Positions 13,701 to 25,075 of a stretch of DNA of 34,757 nucleotides are shown piece after piece. The stretch lies in assembly GCA_020536535.1 (NCBI GenBank), contig JAHLWZ010000788.1:1-34757 (forward strand). Direction: 5' to 3'. The stretch is from Pelomyxa schiedti (lineage: Eukaryota > Protista > Evosea). Position 1 is the stretch's first letter. Each line of letters begins with the position of its first letter. The notes beneath the pieces were generated by a model. The model searched no databases. It saw only the letters and a list, made by a program, of their open reading frames with translations, and had not been told where the DNA came from. The position numbers and the translations under genes are program-made.

Positions 13701-16700
13701 AGGAGGGCCACAATTAAACATCAGATGTGGAATGATGAAGACCACATGTTTACATGGCTGTCCGTCAATTGTCACAGAAAGATCTGCTTCATTAGCCCCG
13801 AAATTCTCTCCGGTAATATTTGTTGTTGACATGAACATTTCAGAAGTCGAAGTTATGATAGGGGCTGTGGTGAGTAAGTTGGCACTTACTCAATACGTGG
13901 AAGCACACCATTGTATGAAAAGATATCTCGTGTTGTTGTGAGTCCAGCCACATTGACATAAACATCTACGTTTTTCCCAACACCAGTAGGTGCCGTACAA
14001 GTAATTTCTCTATGAGAAGCAGAAACAAAAGGAGAGGAGCATGTTTTTCCACCAATCATAACATCCACTGTAGTGCCTAGAGCACCAAAGTTTTTCCCGG
14101 CGATTTCAATAAGTCCGCCTTTTGTGTTAACACTGGTGGCATAGGTCAGGGTTGGTGCTAAAAGCAGTAAGAAGATATTTTTACTGAGAGGAAAGAATGC
14201 CTTCATATGAGAAATCACATGTTGAAGAAACAGCACTTGCACCAGAAGGTACCTTAATTTCGACTCTGTTGTGTGGGCCAACACCTGGTGGTGGATAGCA
14301 TGAAATTTGCTGATGTGCAATGGACACTTGGGCAGCTCGACAGGAAAGATTCTTATCCATAAAGAAAACTGATACTGGTGTCCCCACATTACCAAAATTC
14401 TGGCCGCGAATAGTAACAAGTGACAGGCCATCAGTGGCAGCACCATAAACTGAAGTAATCGTCGCAGCTTAGGCAAAATTACTAATAGGGAAAGGGGGAA
14501 GAAGTACTTACCACTGTAACTAAAAGGCACCGAGGCTGTGCATTTACCCTGTACACATATCTTGACAGAGTGATTTGTTCCTGAGCCAGATGGAACTGAG
14601 CAAATTATGTGTGTATAGTTCACAATTTGGGCATATGATGCCGAACTATCCACGTAAAAGTTGATGGAGGTACTGGGAAGCCCAAAGTTTTTGCCCTTTG
14701 AGGTCTAAGTAGTATTCTAGAGTAATTTTGTGCCTTACCTGAATAAGAACTGTTGTAGAACCAGCAGTTGGAACAGAGGGGATGACGGATACCAAAGGAC
14801 CTGAAGGAGCATGAATTTCTTGTGTTTTACTGTGGATTACAAACTGCTGTAATTGAAAACCGAGCCTGTTCCAGATAAAGCAGTATCTGTGGAGGGGACA
14901 TGAACTGTGACTGCTAATTTTGTCCCTACTCCTACTGGGGCGATGCAATCTACCCTTGTGTGGTCTTGAATAACTGTAGCACTGGTACATTTCACTCCAC
15001 CAATTTCTACACTGATTTGCGTTCCAACAGCACCAAAGTTGGTTCCCGAGATGGTAGTATGTGAAATTCCATCTCCATCGGCGGCTGTTGCACTGACAAC
15101 CACAGGGCCTAAAAAAAAAAGGAATCAGAAAACGTAAGAATTGGAATGGGAAGCGCTTACTGCTGTAGGAAAATATACTGGCAGAATACACTCTGAGACT
15201 ACGACTTGTGCTTGGGTAGACTTCCAATGAGACAGGTAACTGTCCTCCAACGCCACTTGGTGCGGTACAAACAGCTTTGAAATGAGCAACAGTAACATGA
15301 GCATTGGCACAGTCAATATTATTCACATATATTTTCAATGGAGTTCCTATGGGGCCAAAATTCGAACCAGATACAGTGATATTTCCCCCTGAAGTGCCAA
15401 TTTTGGAGACATCTGACATAATTGGAGCTACAAGAATAAGATGGAATGAATTAGTGGTTGTTTCAACCATTGTAGCTGAAAAAGAAGAAGTAGGCCGTTT
15501 GCCAAAGAGTTCCAACTTGGAGAGTCAGAGTAAGTATGTTTCCTTTCCCAGCACATTGCGGAGGATAAAAAGCAACTTTGTTGTGGGCTTCTGTTACATT
15601 TGCAGGCACACAAACAGTACCAGTAACTGTATTATTAAGACATACAGTTATCACTTGCCCTCCATTAATGGCTCCAAAGTTACTTCCAGTTAAAATGGAG
15701 CGAGCTACCCCAGTTGTATCTACTGATGTAGCGGATGTTATGGCAGGTCCTAAAAGAAAGAGTCAATAGTATTCAAACTCTCGGCAAGTTTACCTTTATA
15801 GTTGAATATGGTTGCTGAGGCACTTTGTGAGTTGAGCGCAGGAGGTGGCGGAATTGTAACAACAACAGGAAGATTAAATCCCACTCCAGCAGGAGCTTGG
15901 CATGTGATCTTTGTGTGGTTTTGCACCACTACACATAGAGAACTGCAAGCTCTCCCGCCAATACTAACAGAAGCAGTAGTGCCAATAACACCGAAATTGT
16001 ACCCTGTGATATCGACACTTGAACCAGAAGTATCAGACTGCGTCACAGAGAAAATTTTGGGCTCTAGAGTAATATTAAAAAATCATTTTTCTCATAGTAC
16101 GCACGATTGTACAGAAACTGGGAATATGAGGCTGATGCATTTAAACTTGGAAATGAGACTTTGAGTGTATGATTTGTCCCTACACCCTGGGGAGGATAGC
16201 AAGTTATTTGTGTGTATGCAGTCACCACTGTGGCACTGGAGCAAGGAAGATTGTCAATTGTGACTATGACTGGAGCTGTTGTATTTCCAAAATTTCTTCC
16301 AGTTATGGTGATTTTACTTCGGCCATCAGTATTTCCAGGTGTCACAGTCTGAATAAATGGAGCTATGGGGAGATGAGTATGTTGTGCCATTTTAGAGAGG
16401 AAAACCTTGGTAGAAATACCGCTTGATGTTGCTTGTTTGTCCACAAACTTTGACAACGCAAGAGTACCCACCAGAAAAGAAACATTTCATAGCAGTGACA
16501 TTCACTGGGAACCCTGATGTCCAGGATATTCCTCCATCAGAGGAGCACAATATGTCCTGTGTTACTGTTTTTGGGGCGAAGCCATATCCCTTTTCAATTA
16601 TGAGAAAAGCCAATGAATCAGTAGGGAGCAGGAACTGTTATTGTAGCGTATGAAAATCCTGGTGCAGGGATGGAGGGAACAGTATCGATCATTGGGGCTG

Positions 16701-19058
16701 TTTTATGTTCACTTAATAGGTTGCACAGTGGGGCACTTACGAGAATAAGAAAAGACAGAAGCATAAGAGTATTGGCCTATTGCAGCAGGTATCCACACCT
16801 GGACAAGTTGATTTGTACCGGCACCATCTGGAACGGTGCACCGTATTGTTGTGTGATTGATAACACTCTGACTTGAGCAAGATAATCCCCCAATTTTTAC
16901 AGTTGTTGTTGTGCCTGCAGGACCAAAATTCGTGCCTTTGATGTACGTTATGGCGCTTGGGTAAGCAGGGGATGCGGATTGCACCATGGGGCCTATCAGG
17001 AACATGAGTCTCAAGGAAAGAATGGAGGCTATGCAACCATAATAGGAGAACACATTGGCAGAACCAGTCTGTAGACCAATTGTAACTTCAATAGAGTTAT
17101 TTACTCCCTTCCCTTGTGGTGCAGTGCATGTGATTTTGTTGACTGCTGTTACAGTTGCAGGGTAGCAGTCAGAACCACCAATCTTCACAGTAGCTGTGGG
17201 AAGATAGGTGCTCCAGCCAAAATAATTCCCTGTGATTTCAGTACTACCACCAGATGTGCCAACAGGTAGAGCAGATAACACAATTGGGGCTAAATGTAAT
17301 ATGAGTGGCACACTATACAGTTGGATCATACCCCAAAAACTAAAAGTAAAACTGGCGAAATTGATTGTTGACAATGGAGGAACCCTCACCACCAGTGAAT
17401 GTAATGTGCCCCAAGGATAGACAGGTTTACAGACAATTCTAGTGTGTAACACTTCAAAAGATACTGATCCACAAGTCACTTCATCTATCTTCACACCCAC
17501 ACTTGCAGTAGAAACTCCAAAGTTGGAGCCAGTTATCCTTAACCACGTCTCTCCACTACTCAGAAAAGGAACTGCAGATACAATAGTCGGGGCTGGAAAA
17601 AGTATATTAACCCTATTTTAATTATTTTGATGTTAAACCTGAGTAGGAGAAGGCATTTAGAACAGAGCCGACATCTGTTGAAGATGAGGTTGGCCATACA
17701 GACACATTCAATCCCGTCCCAATGCCTGCCCTGGTAACGCATGTGATTGTTGTTTGGTTTATCACGGATGGAAAGTCACAGTATTGGCCACCAATGGTAA
17801 CAGAAAGTGAAGTTCCGGTGGGTCCAAAACCACTTCCACTTATTGTTGTAAGACCTCCCTTCGTCGGTGTTGATGTGGCTCGAGTAACTGAAGGGGCCAA
17901 AAACTTAAACCACACGTAGTTCGTGCTGTCAACACCTCTGCAAGTAGCCACAACTCTGTACCAAGCTCCAGGTGTGCCTGGCTAGGAATATTTAGTAGTC
18001 AGAAGAAAGCAACAGTTCAGAGAGACCATACCGGCATAGTGCACGACAGCTTGGAAGAGTTGTGTACGGTGATATCGGTACAAGACATGCTGCCGACCAT
18101 AACTTTGCCGCAGGGGGCGAGCCAAGTACCTGAAACAAAAATCCTGCCTCCAGAGGCTTGCACAAGAGTAACGGCTGAAATAACAGTTCCTGTTAAAGAA
18201 GTCACTCCAAGATGTAAATCAGAAAATAAGTACTGCAGATTCCACTGTCACAAAATGAGGCGTAATTGCTGTACACCTTTACATAGGTACCGGCATCAAC
18301 CTCGTACCACCCTGTGTCACCAAGTCCAGACCAGTACAACTTTACATAGTTGTACCAGTTTCCGACACAGGTGGCAGTGGTAAAATTGGCTGAAAAATAG
18401 ATATACCGATAGGTATCAAAGTACATGAGAGGTGTTTGCAGAGTGACGTAGCCACCAGGTGTGCAGTAATAACTATCTGCATGCTGTGAAAAGTGTACCA
18501 GATGAAAACGATACTTCCATACAAATGGTAGTGCTTGTTGTGAATGCCGACAAAGAGCCTGAAGCAGTATAGATTGTGATGGCACCATCCATAGTTGTTG
18601 TATTTAAATAAAACATAAGAGATCGTAGTGCTGGTCCTTGTGTGGGTGGTATCTGAAACATACAGTCAAACGTTACGTAATGAAAGAGATAGTCTCATCA
18701 CACACTATGATGGCACCACGCATTTCGTAACAACGTCTAGACGTAGTTGTGGTTTGAGACAAGACGTCGTCAATTGGGCAAGGATAACAGTGGGCCATTG
18801 CACTGTCCAGATTACATTGTCCGTATAGCCCCCAAGAGACACTCTGTCCAGATTGTCCTCTTTCAATATATCTTGGAAATTTTTATTCAAGTCACAGAAA
18901 GGAAAAAAAAGAGAGAAAGTGACGAAGTACCCATATGCCCCACTGGAACAAGTTGTGCTACCAAGGCATAAGAAATCGTACGATACACCGTACTCACAGA
19001 GGCACCCAATCACAATGCAAACTACTGCAATGATGCCATGCACATTTAACCTCGCCAT
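4787..19058 (-). CDS. Giant single-pass transmembrane receptor kinase (roughly 3,900-4,000 aa estimated, about 55 short introns): signal peptide, N-terminal domain, ~35 IPT/TIG domains, Ig-like stalk, TM, cytosolic Ig-like domain, TKL-type kinase
   Basis: Signal peptide 'MARLNVHGIIAVVCIVIGCLC'. Repeats of the form 'P.I..v....t.GG.itI.G.NFG......V.igg..C....v...H..I.C..P.G.G....V.V.V.......FSY'. TM 'ALAVGVGVGVGGVCLLAAGALCAAFLLLYKR' (~6848-6934). The spliced kinase reads 'IGEGTYSTVFKGSWRGQDVAIK', 'MHRDLKPGNV', 'KISDFGTTR', 'VGTPTYMAPE', 'CWAQEPSARP'. Stop at 4787. Confidence 0.9.
7280..18190 (-). repeat. Tandem array of ~35 diverged IPT/TIG domain units (~300 nt period including intron)
   Basis: Hand count of G.NFG / C..P.G.G / FSY units. 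The repeat is evident at protein level only; the nucleotide copies are highly diverged. Confidence 0.85.
14158..14200 (-). other. Predicted 43-nt GC-AG intron at an IPT domain boundary
   Basis: 'TTC TCA TAT GAA G|gcattc...cttttag|CA CCA ACC' gives FSYE-APT in the same phase-1 position as the other boundary introns. The only GT in the interval gives the wrong frame. Confidence 0.65.
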
Positions 19059-19490
19059 TATTTACGTTCAAAAACGCCTTTTGGCATCCGTTAAAAAAGA
19101 GCCAAACGTTTTTTTTAAAAAACGGACGAAAAAAAAAAACAAAAACAAAGTGAAACCCTGGAGGCCTGAAATTATATATAGGCAATATTGCTCTCAATCC
19201 AATACAGCCCCCGCGGCCAACACCCAACAACAACAAACGACGTTGTCTCCTTCGTCGGTTTTGTATGATACACAAAAAATGTTTGTGTCAAAAAATTCCG
19301 GTGTTTAGTTGATCAAGATGTTTGTCTAACCAACCACTCAAACTTGGAAGGTTCGGGTAACCACACAAAGGGTAAAACCCCCATGCAGTTTGTTTGTTTG
19401 TTGCTTAGTGGTTGATGAGTGTTAATTTATTATTATTCATACGGGGAGGTGGTGGCGTTCACATGAACAGTTAGTTCATTGAGTTTGTTT

Positions 19491-20927
19491 TTACAAGGCA
19501 ATCAACCGGGTTGGCTGCGTGAGCAATCCTCTAATTTGAGAAGTGAGTGTGGAAAAAAATGAAAGGCCATGCAACATGTACCTTGGGATGTCCCGCAACT
19601 CCTTTTGGATGCAAAGATATTCTCCAAGTGAGCAGGTTATTATCACACATATAACATTTAGAATCCACCACAGCGGACAGCATAGTGGAATAACACCAGA
19701 AATAAGGACGCATGCTACCATGTGGATGCCTTGCATTGTGCAGGAGAAGTCCTGGATTAGGTTAACAACCGATGAAGAGAATTCCAGTATAGTACCAAGC
19801 ATTTACGCTGGTTTCCTACAGCATACATCAAACAAAAGGCACTGGAAGAGAAATTAGATAAAGGGAACATTGTTGTGGTTTGTGTTTTCTTACCTCGCCA
19901 CGGAATTTATCAAAAACGACAATGTAGCCACTACCCCAGATAATGTATTAAGCCGAATGTAGTGCGGCGAGAACACCATATTAACGGCCACGGTTCCGTG
20001 TCTTTCCACATCCTCCCAAGAGCTTCTAGATGTGCTTGCACTTGAAGAAAACGAAGAGTCGCCGTCAAGCGAAGAATAAGAAGAAGCCGAGCCAGCCGGA
20101 TCAGAATCCCCCCCGCTCAAGAGGTGATCGTCTTCCGCCCTAGCCGAGTGTAGCCCACCACCAGCAGCAGCAGCAGCATAACCGGCGGCCATCAGCTGCC
20201 CCCCCAGGCCGCTCAGAGGCGCGGATTCCATCTCGCTCAGCACTACCGCGGTCCTTGCCTGGTACGAAGAAGGTAGCAGCACGAGGCTCAGCGCGAACAT
20301 GGTCGGCACCAGGAACGCGTAGAACGCCGCCTGCACGAACACAATCTGCGCGACGATCATTACGGGGTCCCACGCCCCAACCGTGCAACTCGTGTGCTGC
20401 CTCTTCTGCCTGTCAATGTCACTCTCCCCCCTCAGCGCCCCGCCGCCTTTCTCCCCAACACCATCGCCAACGCCAACGCCAACGCCAACGCCATCGCCAT
20501 CACCATCACCGGGAGTCATCATCATCGTCGCGATCGTAGCCATTGTCATCATCCCATTATTACTGTCGTTGCCGCCGTAGTGGTGGTACTGAGTCGTTGG
20601 CCGGTAGTCGATGTCGCCGTTGGCGTTCACGAATGTCGTTACGGTCGGCGGTGTTGGTGTTGAGGCGTAAGTGGCTGTGCTTGTATTTTCACAATGGAAC
20701 GATGATGACGATGATGATGTGCTGGTGGTTGTTGTTGTTGTTGTCGGTGTTGGCGTCAGTGGGACGTCGCTGTACTCGAAGTCGTCGCCGTCGTTCATAA
20801 CTATCACCACTGTGCCTGCGTGTACATGATTACATTTTGGGGTCTCTGTGCGTAATTAGGGGATGATACCTTCACGTGCTGCTGCTGCTGTGCCATTCCC
20901 GATCCCGTTCCCCCCTCGTTGCTTCAT
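19491..20927 (-). CDS. SYS1: SYS1 homolog (Golgi membrane receptor for Arl3/ARFRP1) with long low-complexity N-terminus; 5 exons
   Basis: 'WDPVMIVAQIVFVQAAFY', 'SFLINSVA|SAFCLMYAVGNQRKCL|DFSCTMQGIH' and 'WWILNVICVIITCSLGEYLCIQKELRDIP' match the SYS1 consensus. A first exon 'MKQRGG...AREG' splices in frame. Confidence 0.88.
20461..20510. repeat. Imperfect hexamer microsatellite (GCCAAC/GCCATC)n inside SYS1, encoding GDGDGDGVGVGVGVGDG
   Basis: Directly visible: 'ccatcgccaacgccaacgccaacgccaacgccatcgccatcaccatcacc'. Confidence 0.8.
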
Positions 20928-21020
20928 TTTTTCGATTGATGACTAGATCACATCAAAAGCGTCAAATTGGTGGAAAAGTGAAAAGATAGGGAACAAGGTT
21001 CTTCACAGCCGTAAGATCGG

Positions 21021-24000
21021 TCAGTGATGGTGATGGTGCTGTTGTTGTTGTTGTTGTGCAGGCGCAGGAGGAGGCGGAGGGGGCAGGCTGAGGGCCAGTG
21101 CCAGTTCCTGCTCAGAGTAGTTTGCGGATGCGCCAGACGAATCGGGGTTGTGGGACAGGTGGTACTCGTTGTAGTCGAGGCACATGGCGAGGTGGGCCAT
21201 GCCGGGGTTGCCGCCCCTCCGCGTGTGCAGCGTGGTCAGGAGCTGCCTCAGCGACGTGTTGTAGCTGTCGGCCAGGTTGCTGAGCGTGGCCAGGGTCGTC
21301 ACCCCGTGCTGCGTGCTCATGTACTGCGTGACAAGCTGCGAGTTCCGCGTCAGAACCCGCGATGCTGCTGTTGATGATGTTGATGTTGATGCGGGGTTGG
21401 TGGTGGTGGTGGATGGGCCTTGTGGGGCTGGGTGGCGGGCCCCGGGGGCTCCGGGTGGGAGTGGTTGTTGTGTATTGGTTGTGGAAAGTGGTGGCACCCC
21501 TGTGGGAGAATTAGTGGGTTTGGTTTTTTTAAATTCGGAATTTTAAATAGTTCAATATTAGGTAAAAGAATTAGGGAAGAAGTGATTGCGGGGGACTGCT
21601 CACCGGGGAGTGTTGAGGACTTGGCTGTGCTGATGGCTGATCGGAGCTCGCGGGAAAGGGAGTCGGCGTGCTTGGCGAACTTGAGGCAGTGAGCAACTAG
21701 CCGCGTTACGATCTTGACGAGATGTGGGTCGGTGAGGTTGCACTGGACGAGGCAGGTGTCCAAGAAGTCGTTGTGTAGTTGTATAACTTCATCAACGGTA
21801 GAAGCGGTACTGTTTATTTGTTGTATGAATTTGTGCCAGTTCGGCTCCAAAACCTGTGATTGTGGAACTGAGTAATTCGGTGTTTACCCGCGTTCATTAC
21901 CTCGTATACAATGAAAAAGAGGAAATTCTGGAGTAAGTGTATCATCTGTTGTCTCAGGGTGTGAATTTTGTGAAGGCCGGACCCTTGGCCCTTGATTCTA
22001 TTGAAGGATGAGCTTCCCATACAAAAAACCCAGCTCACATACGCCATCAGGTTCACCCAGGAAGAGTTTAGACATCTCTCTACATGCTTGAGCATAAACA
22101 AATGCCTGAAGATGAACTGATACTTTGCGATGGCACTGTTGTTGATTACCAGTGAAAGAGGAAACTTGACCAAAAAGTCAAGAGTAAAAGCTTCTAACCC
22201 TGGGGCAAAGTGAGTTCGGTACCGCTATTTGGGTTTTTGTACCAGATATTTTCTCAGATTGGGGAAGGGAATCACCACTCCGAAGCTGGACAACCCCCTT
22301 CGAATCGACATGAAGCACACTTAATAGCATATTAATGTTGCTGTAAGGAAGCAAGTCACATTGAAGGTTGTCTCGAAATGGATCAGATTCTGGATTCATG
22401 GTGAAAAAAGGAAAATGAAGAAAGAATTTGATATAAAGTCCATAAATAGTACTTGCCAGCAGCAGAAGACCGGAGTGAGAGTTCTAATAGAGCATCCAAC
22501 TTTGACTGTTGAATATCACGATAATTTTTTCTCAGCTCTTCCTCAGCGGTGTCCATGAAATGAACCAAAAAGTCCCCCTAGATTACATTTGTGAATGATC
22601 CCTCCACTTATGTGAAATAGAACCTGAGCAAGAAGGAAATACGATTTGATAGACTTAAGGCAAGCCAAGAGTTTGTGCTTATGCATGAGAAGATTTAACA
22701 ATGATTTACTTGCAAATGAAAATCTGGGAGGAATGTTTAACTTGTTTGTCGTTTTTAACGTCATACGTTTTGTTAATTATTTCGGCGTAGCTGCAGCTAT
22801 TTGGGGAATAAACCAGTTGCTCCAGATCGTTGTATTTGATTGCCTCGCCACATTCTCTTATAACATTTAATTGCTTCCCAGTTGTGAGTATCTTTTCTTT
22901 CCATTCGGCTAAGAAGTCTTTTGTTTCCCTTATTAAGTGCACAAGAAATGATAGTTTTATTACAGACCGGGAACCATCACCTCACAAATGGAAAATTGTT
23001 GCACAAATTCAAGTGTAGACAGTACTTGCTGCTCAGACGGATTTTGGAGCCGCTGTTCCACAAAAAATTCGTGGAATGGATCATCCACCAGCCCTTCACA
23101 GATCCACTGCTTCACAAAGTTCTGGAAGGAAAATATGAGCAGTGCCAAATAATCATGTACCCGCACCAAATATGGAACAGAAGCTTGTTGCATTAAAAAT
23201 AAGAAAAGTTTGTCCGAGCACTCATCACCGCCTTGTGTTACCCAAAGTCGACTTATTACATTCAACAAACTGCCTCCTCGAGCTTTCTTGGCAGTTGCTT
23301 CCTGGATATGGGGTGAGAGCTGTAAGAAGAGAAAGAGTAAGTTACCTCTGCGAGCATATTCAATAAACTTAGCGTATGAAGTGAATCGTGCAGATAAAAC
23401 ATCATCTTTTGCAGGGTGAGAGCACCTTGCCTCAGTTCGTGCTCCAGTTGCGCAATAAGTACACAATACTGCCTTCAATGTGAGCGATAAACCTCTGAAT
23501 GTGGGGTTACCTTTAGCAACAATTGGTCAATTGCTGCAGCAAGTGCATGGCACACCAAACCACAGTGGTACCATTGACTTGCAGAGCAAAACTGACGAAC
23601 AGAGACATAGAATACACCGCAAGGAAGAATGCGATCGACTAATGAGCGGATCCCAATGTCGGTACTGTCATCAACCTGAAGTTTATTGTTAGGGATGTTA
23701 CAGAGCCTTGTGGCATAGAACACCTCAAAAGAGAGTTTAAGTTTTCCTCGGGGGTGTTGTGCATCACTATGTAATACGCCCCGAATATAACTTCCCTCTA
23801 TTCCAACTAGAACATACAACAAATCACCCATTATCAGCAACTCCTGTGGAGCCGAAAATGAGAAAGTGAGAGTACGAAAAACATACTTACTTGAGATTGT
23901 AATGGAATTCCTTTCAGGGAAGGGGCCACCTGCGCACTCGAGTGTACAGCCGGGAAAAAATCTGCTTTTACAAAGTCACCCGTTATATTGCTCCTCGTGA

Positions 24001-24680
24001 AGGCCTGTGAGTGACTTAACAATCAATCAGCAATGAACAGCTCCATATATCTCGCTACCAAATCGCGCAAATCCTTCCATTTCCCACATTTTTGCCGGAA
24101 ACATACATACCCACTTTGGCACCTTTGGCATCCTCAGTCTCAATTCATCACCTCCTCCATCACCATCTTCGTAATCATAGTAGTCACCAAATCCCCTGTA
24201 TTCCTCGTCCTGGTACTCGCTATTTCTGGCGTCGCTGATGTTGTCGATTCCGCTGTTGTTATTGCTGCTGTCCAGCAGAATGTCCCGGTCGCCTATTCCC
24301 ATAATCCCCGCTTCGCCGTCACCATTTCCGTCGCGGTCGTCGCGGTCGTCGTCGTAGTCGCCGTCGTCCTCGGGGTTCCTGTCCCTGTCCGTGTCGCGTT
24401 GGTCGGCGTCGTTCACGTCTACGTCCCCTCCCACAATGGGGGGTTGTTCTTCCGGCCTGGGCGCGTTGCGGTTGCCGGCACCCCGCCGCGCCGACGCGGG
24501 TGCCTTCCCCCCCGTGGCTGAGTCCGAGGCCCCCGCCACCGACATTGTGGGTGTTGATGAACTTGTGGCGTTGGCCACGAAGTCCAGTTGCTTCATGATG
24601 AGTTGTTCGCGCTCTTGTTGTTGTTGATATACAAGCGCAGCGCGCCCTTGCTGTTGCGCGCCTGTCGAGGGCCGGCTCAT
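21021..24680 (-). CDS. TUBGCP2: Gamma-tubulin complex component 2 (GCP2/Spc97), multi-exon
   Basis: GRIP motifs 'PLQSQ|ELLIMGDLLYVLVGIEGSYI', 'WICEGLVDDPFHEFFVE', 'KILTTGKQLNVIRECG', 'SIKSYFLLAQ|GDFLVHFMDTAEEEL', 'VKFPLSLVIN...KYQFIFRHLFMLKHVERCL', 'HNDFLDTCL' and 'LAMCLDYNEY'. Confidence 0.9.
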
Positions 24681-25075
24681 CTGGGATCGTTATTGCTTGT
24701 TTCAACGAATTTTACACTTTTTCGATGCTAGTCTGGTCACTTCACAGTTACTACTTCTTACAAACTGCCCACTGGCTTCCAGTCCTTTCTTCAAGTTTGG
24801 GACTTTGTTTCTGCCATGTGATGCTCCTCAGAGGCTGGAAAGAAACCACAACGAAACGGAAGAATGTGCCTGGTTCAGATGTGGTCCAGACATTTCAGAA
24901 TTTTCCCTTCACAGGGCAGAGAGAACCGGGACCTTTTCTGCCCCGTTGATGCAAAAAAGTGTGAGTCCCGAACTTCACTCTCCTCTAACTTGGTATTTCT
25001 CTGGCTAGAACGCCAGCTCATTCTATTTCGATGACGAACGGTGGCTTGGAATCTCGACGGGAGATTGTTTGTGGG

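Noticed and set aside
7280-18190. ~300-nt periodicity as a CRISPR-like or satellite DNA array
   Set aside because: There are no conserved nucleotide repeats with unique spacers; the periodicity comes from protein domains plus introns.
4787-19058. Dozens of short fragmented ORFs suggesting a pseudogene, frameshifting or an alternative genetic code
   Set aside because: The breaks examined resolve with ~40-55 nt GT-AG introns (one GC-AG) under the standard code.
20140-21692. Many overlapping ORFs on both strands in GC-rich regions (also 24033-24705 and 33215-33623)
   Set aside because: Shadow ORFs expected from GC-rich, low-complexity coding sequence; they contain no recognisable motifs.
1114-24680. 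LIS1 and GCP2 as a microtubule/MTOC gene cluster
   Set aside because: They are ~18 kb apart, separated by unrelated genes; chance proximity is sufficient.
24697-25008. 103-aa plus-strand ORF between GCP2 and the orphan gene
   Set aside because: Non-ATG start, no recognisable motif; probably intergenic or UTR sequence.
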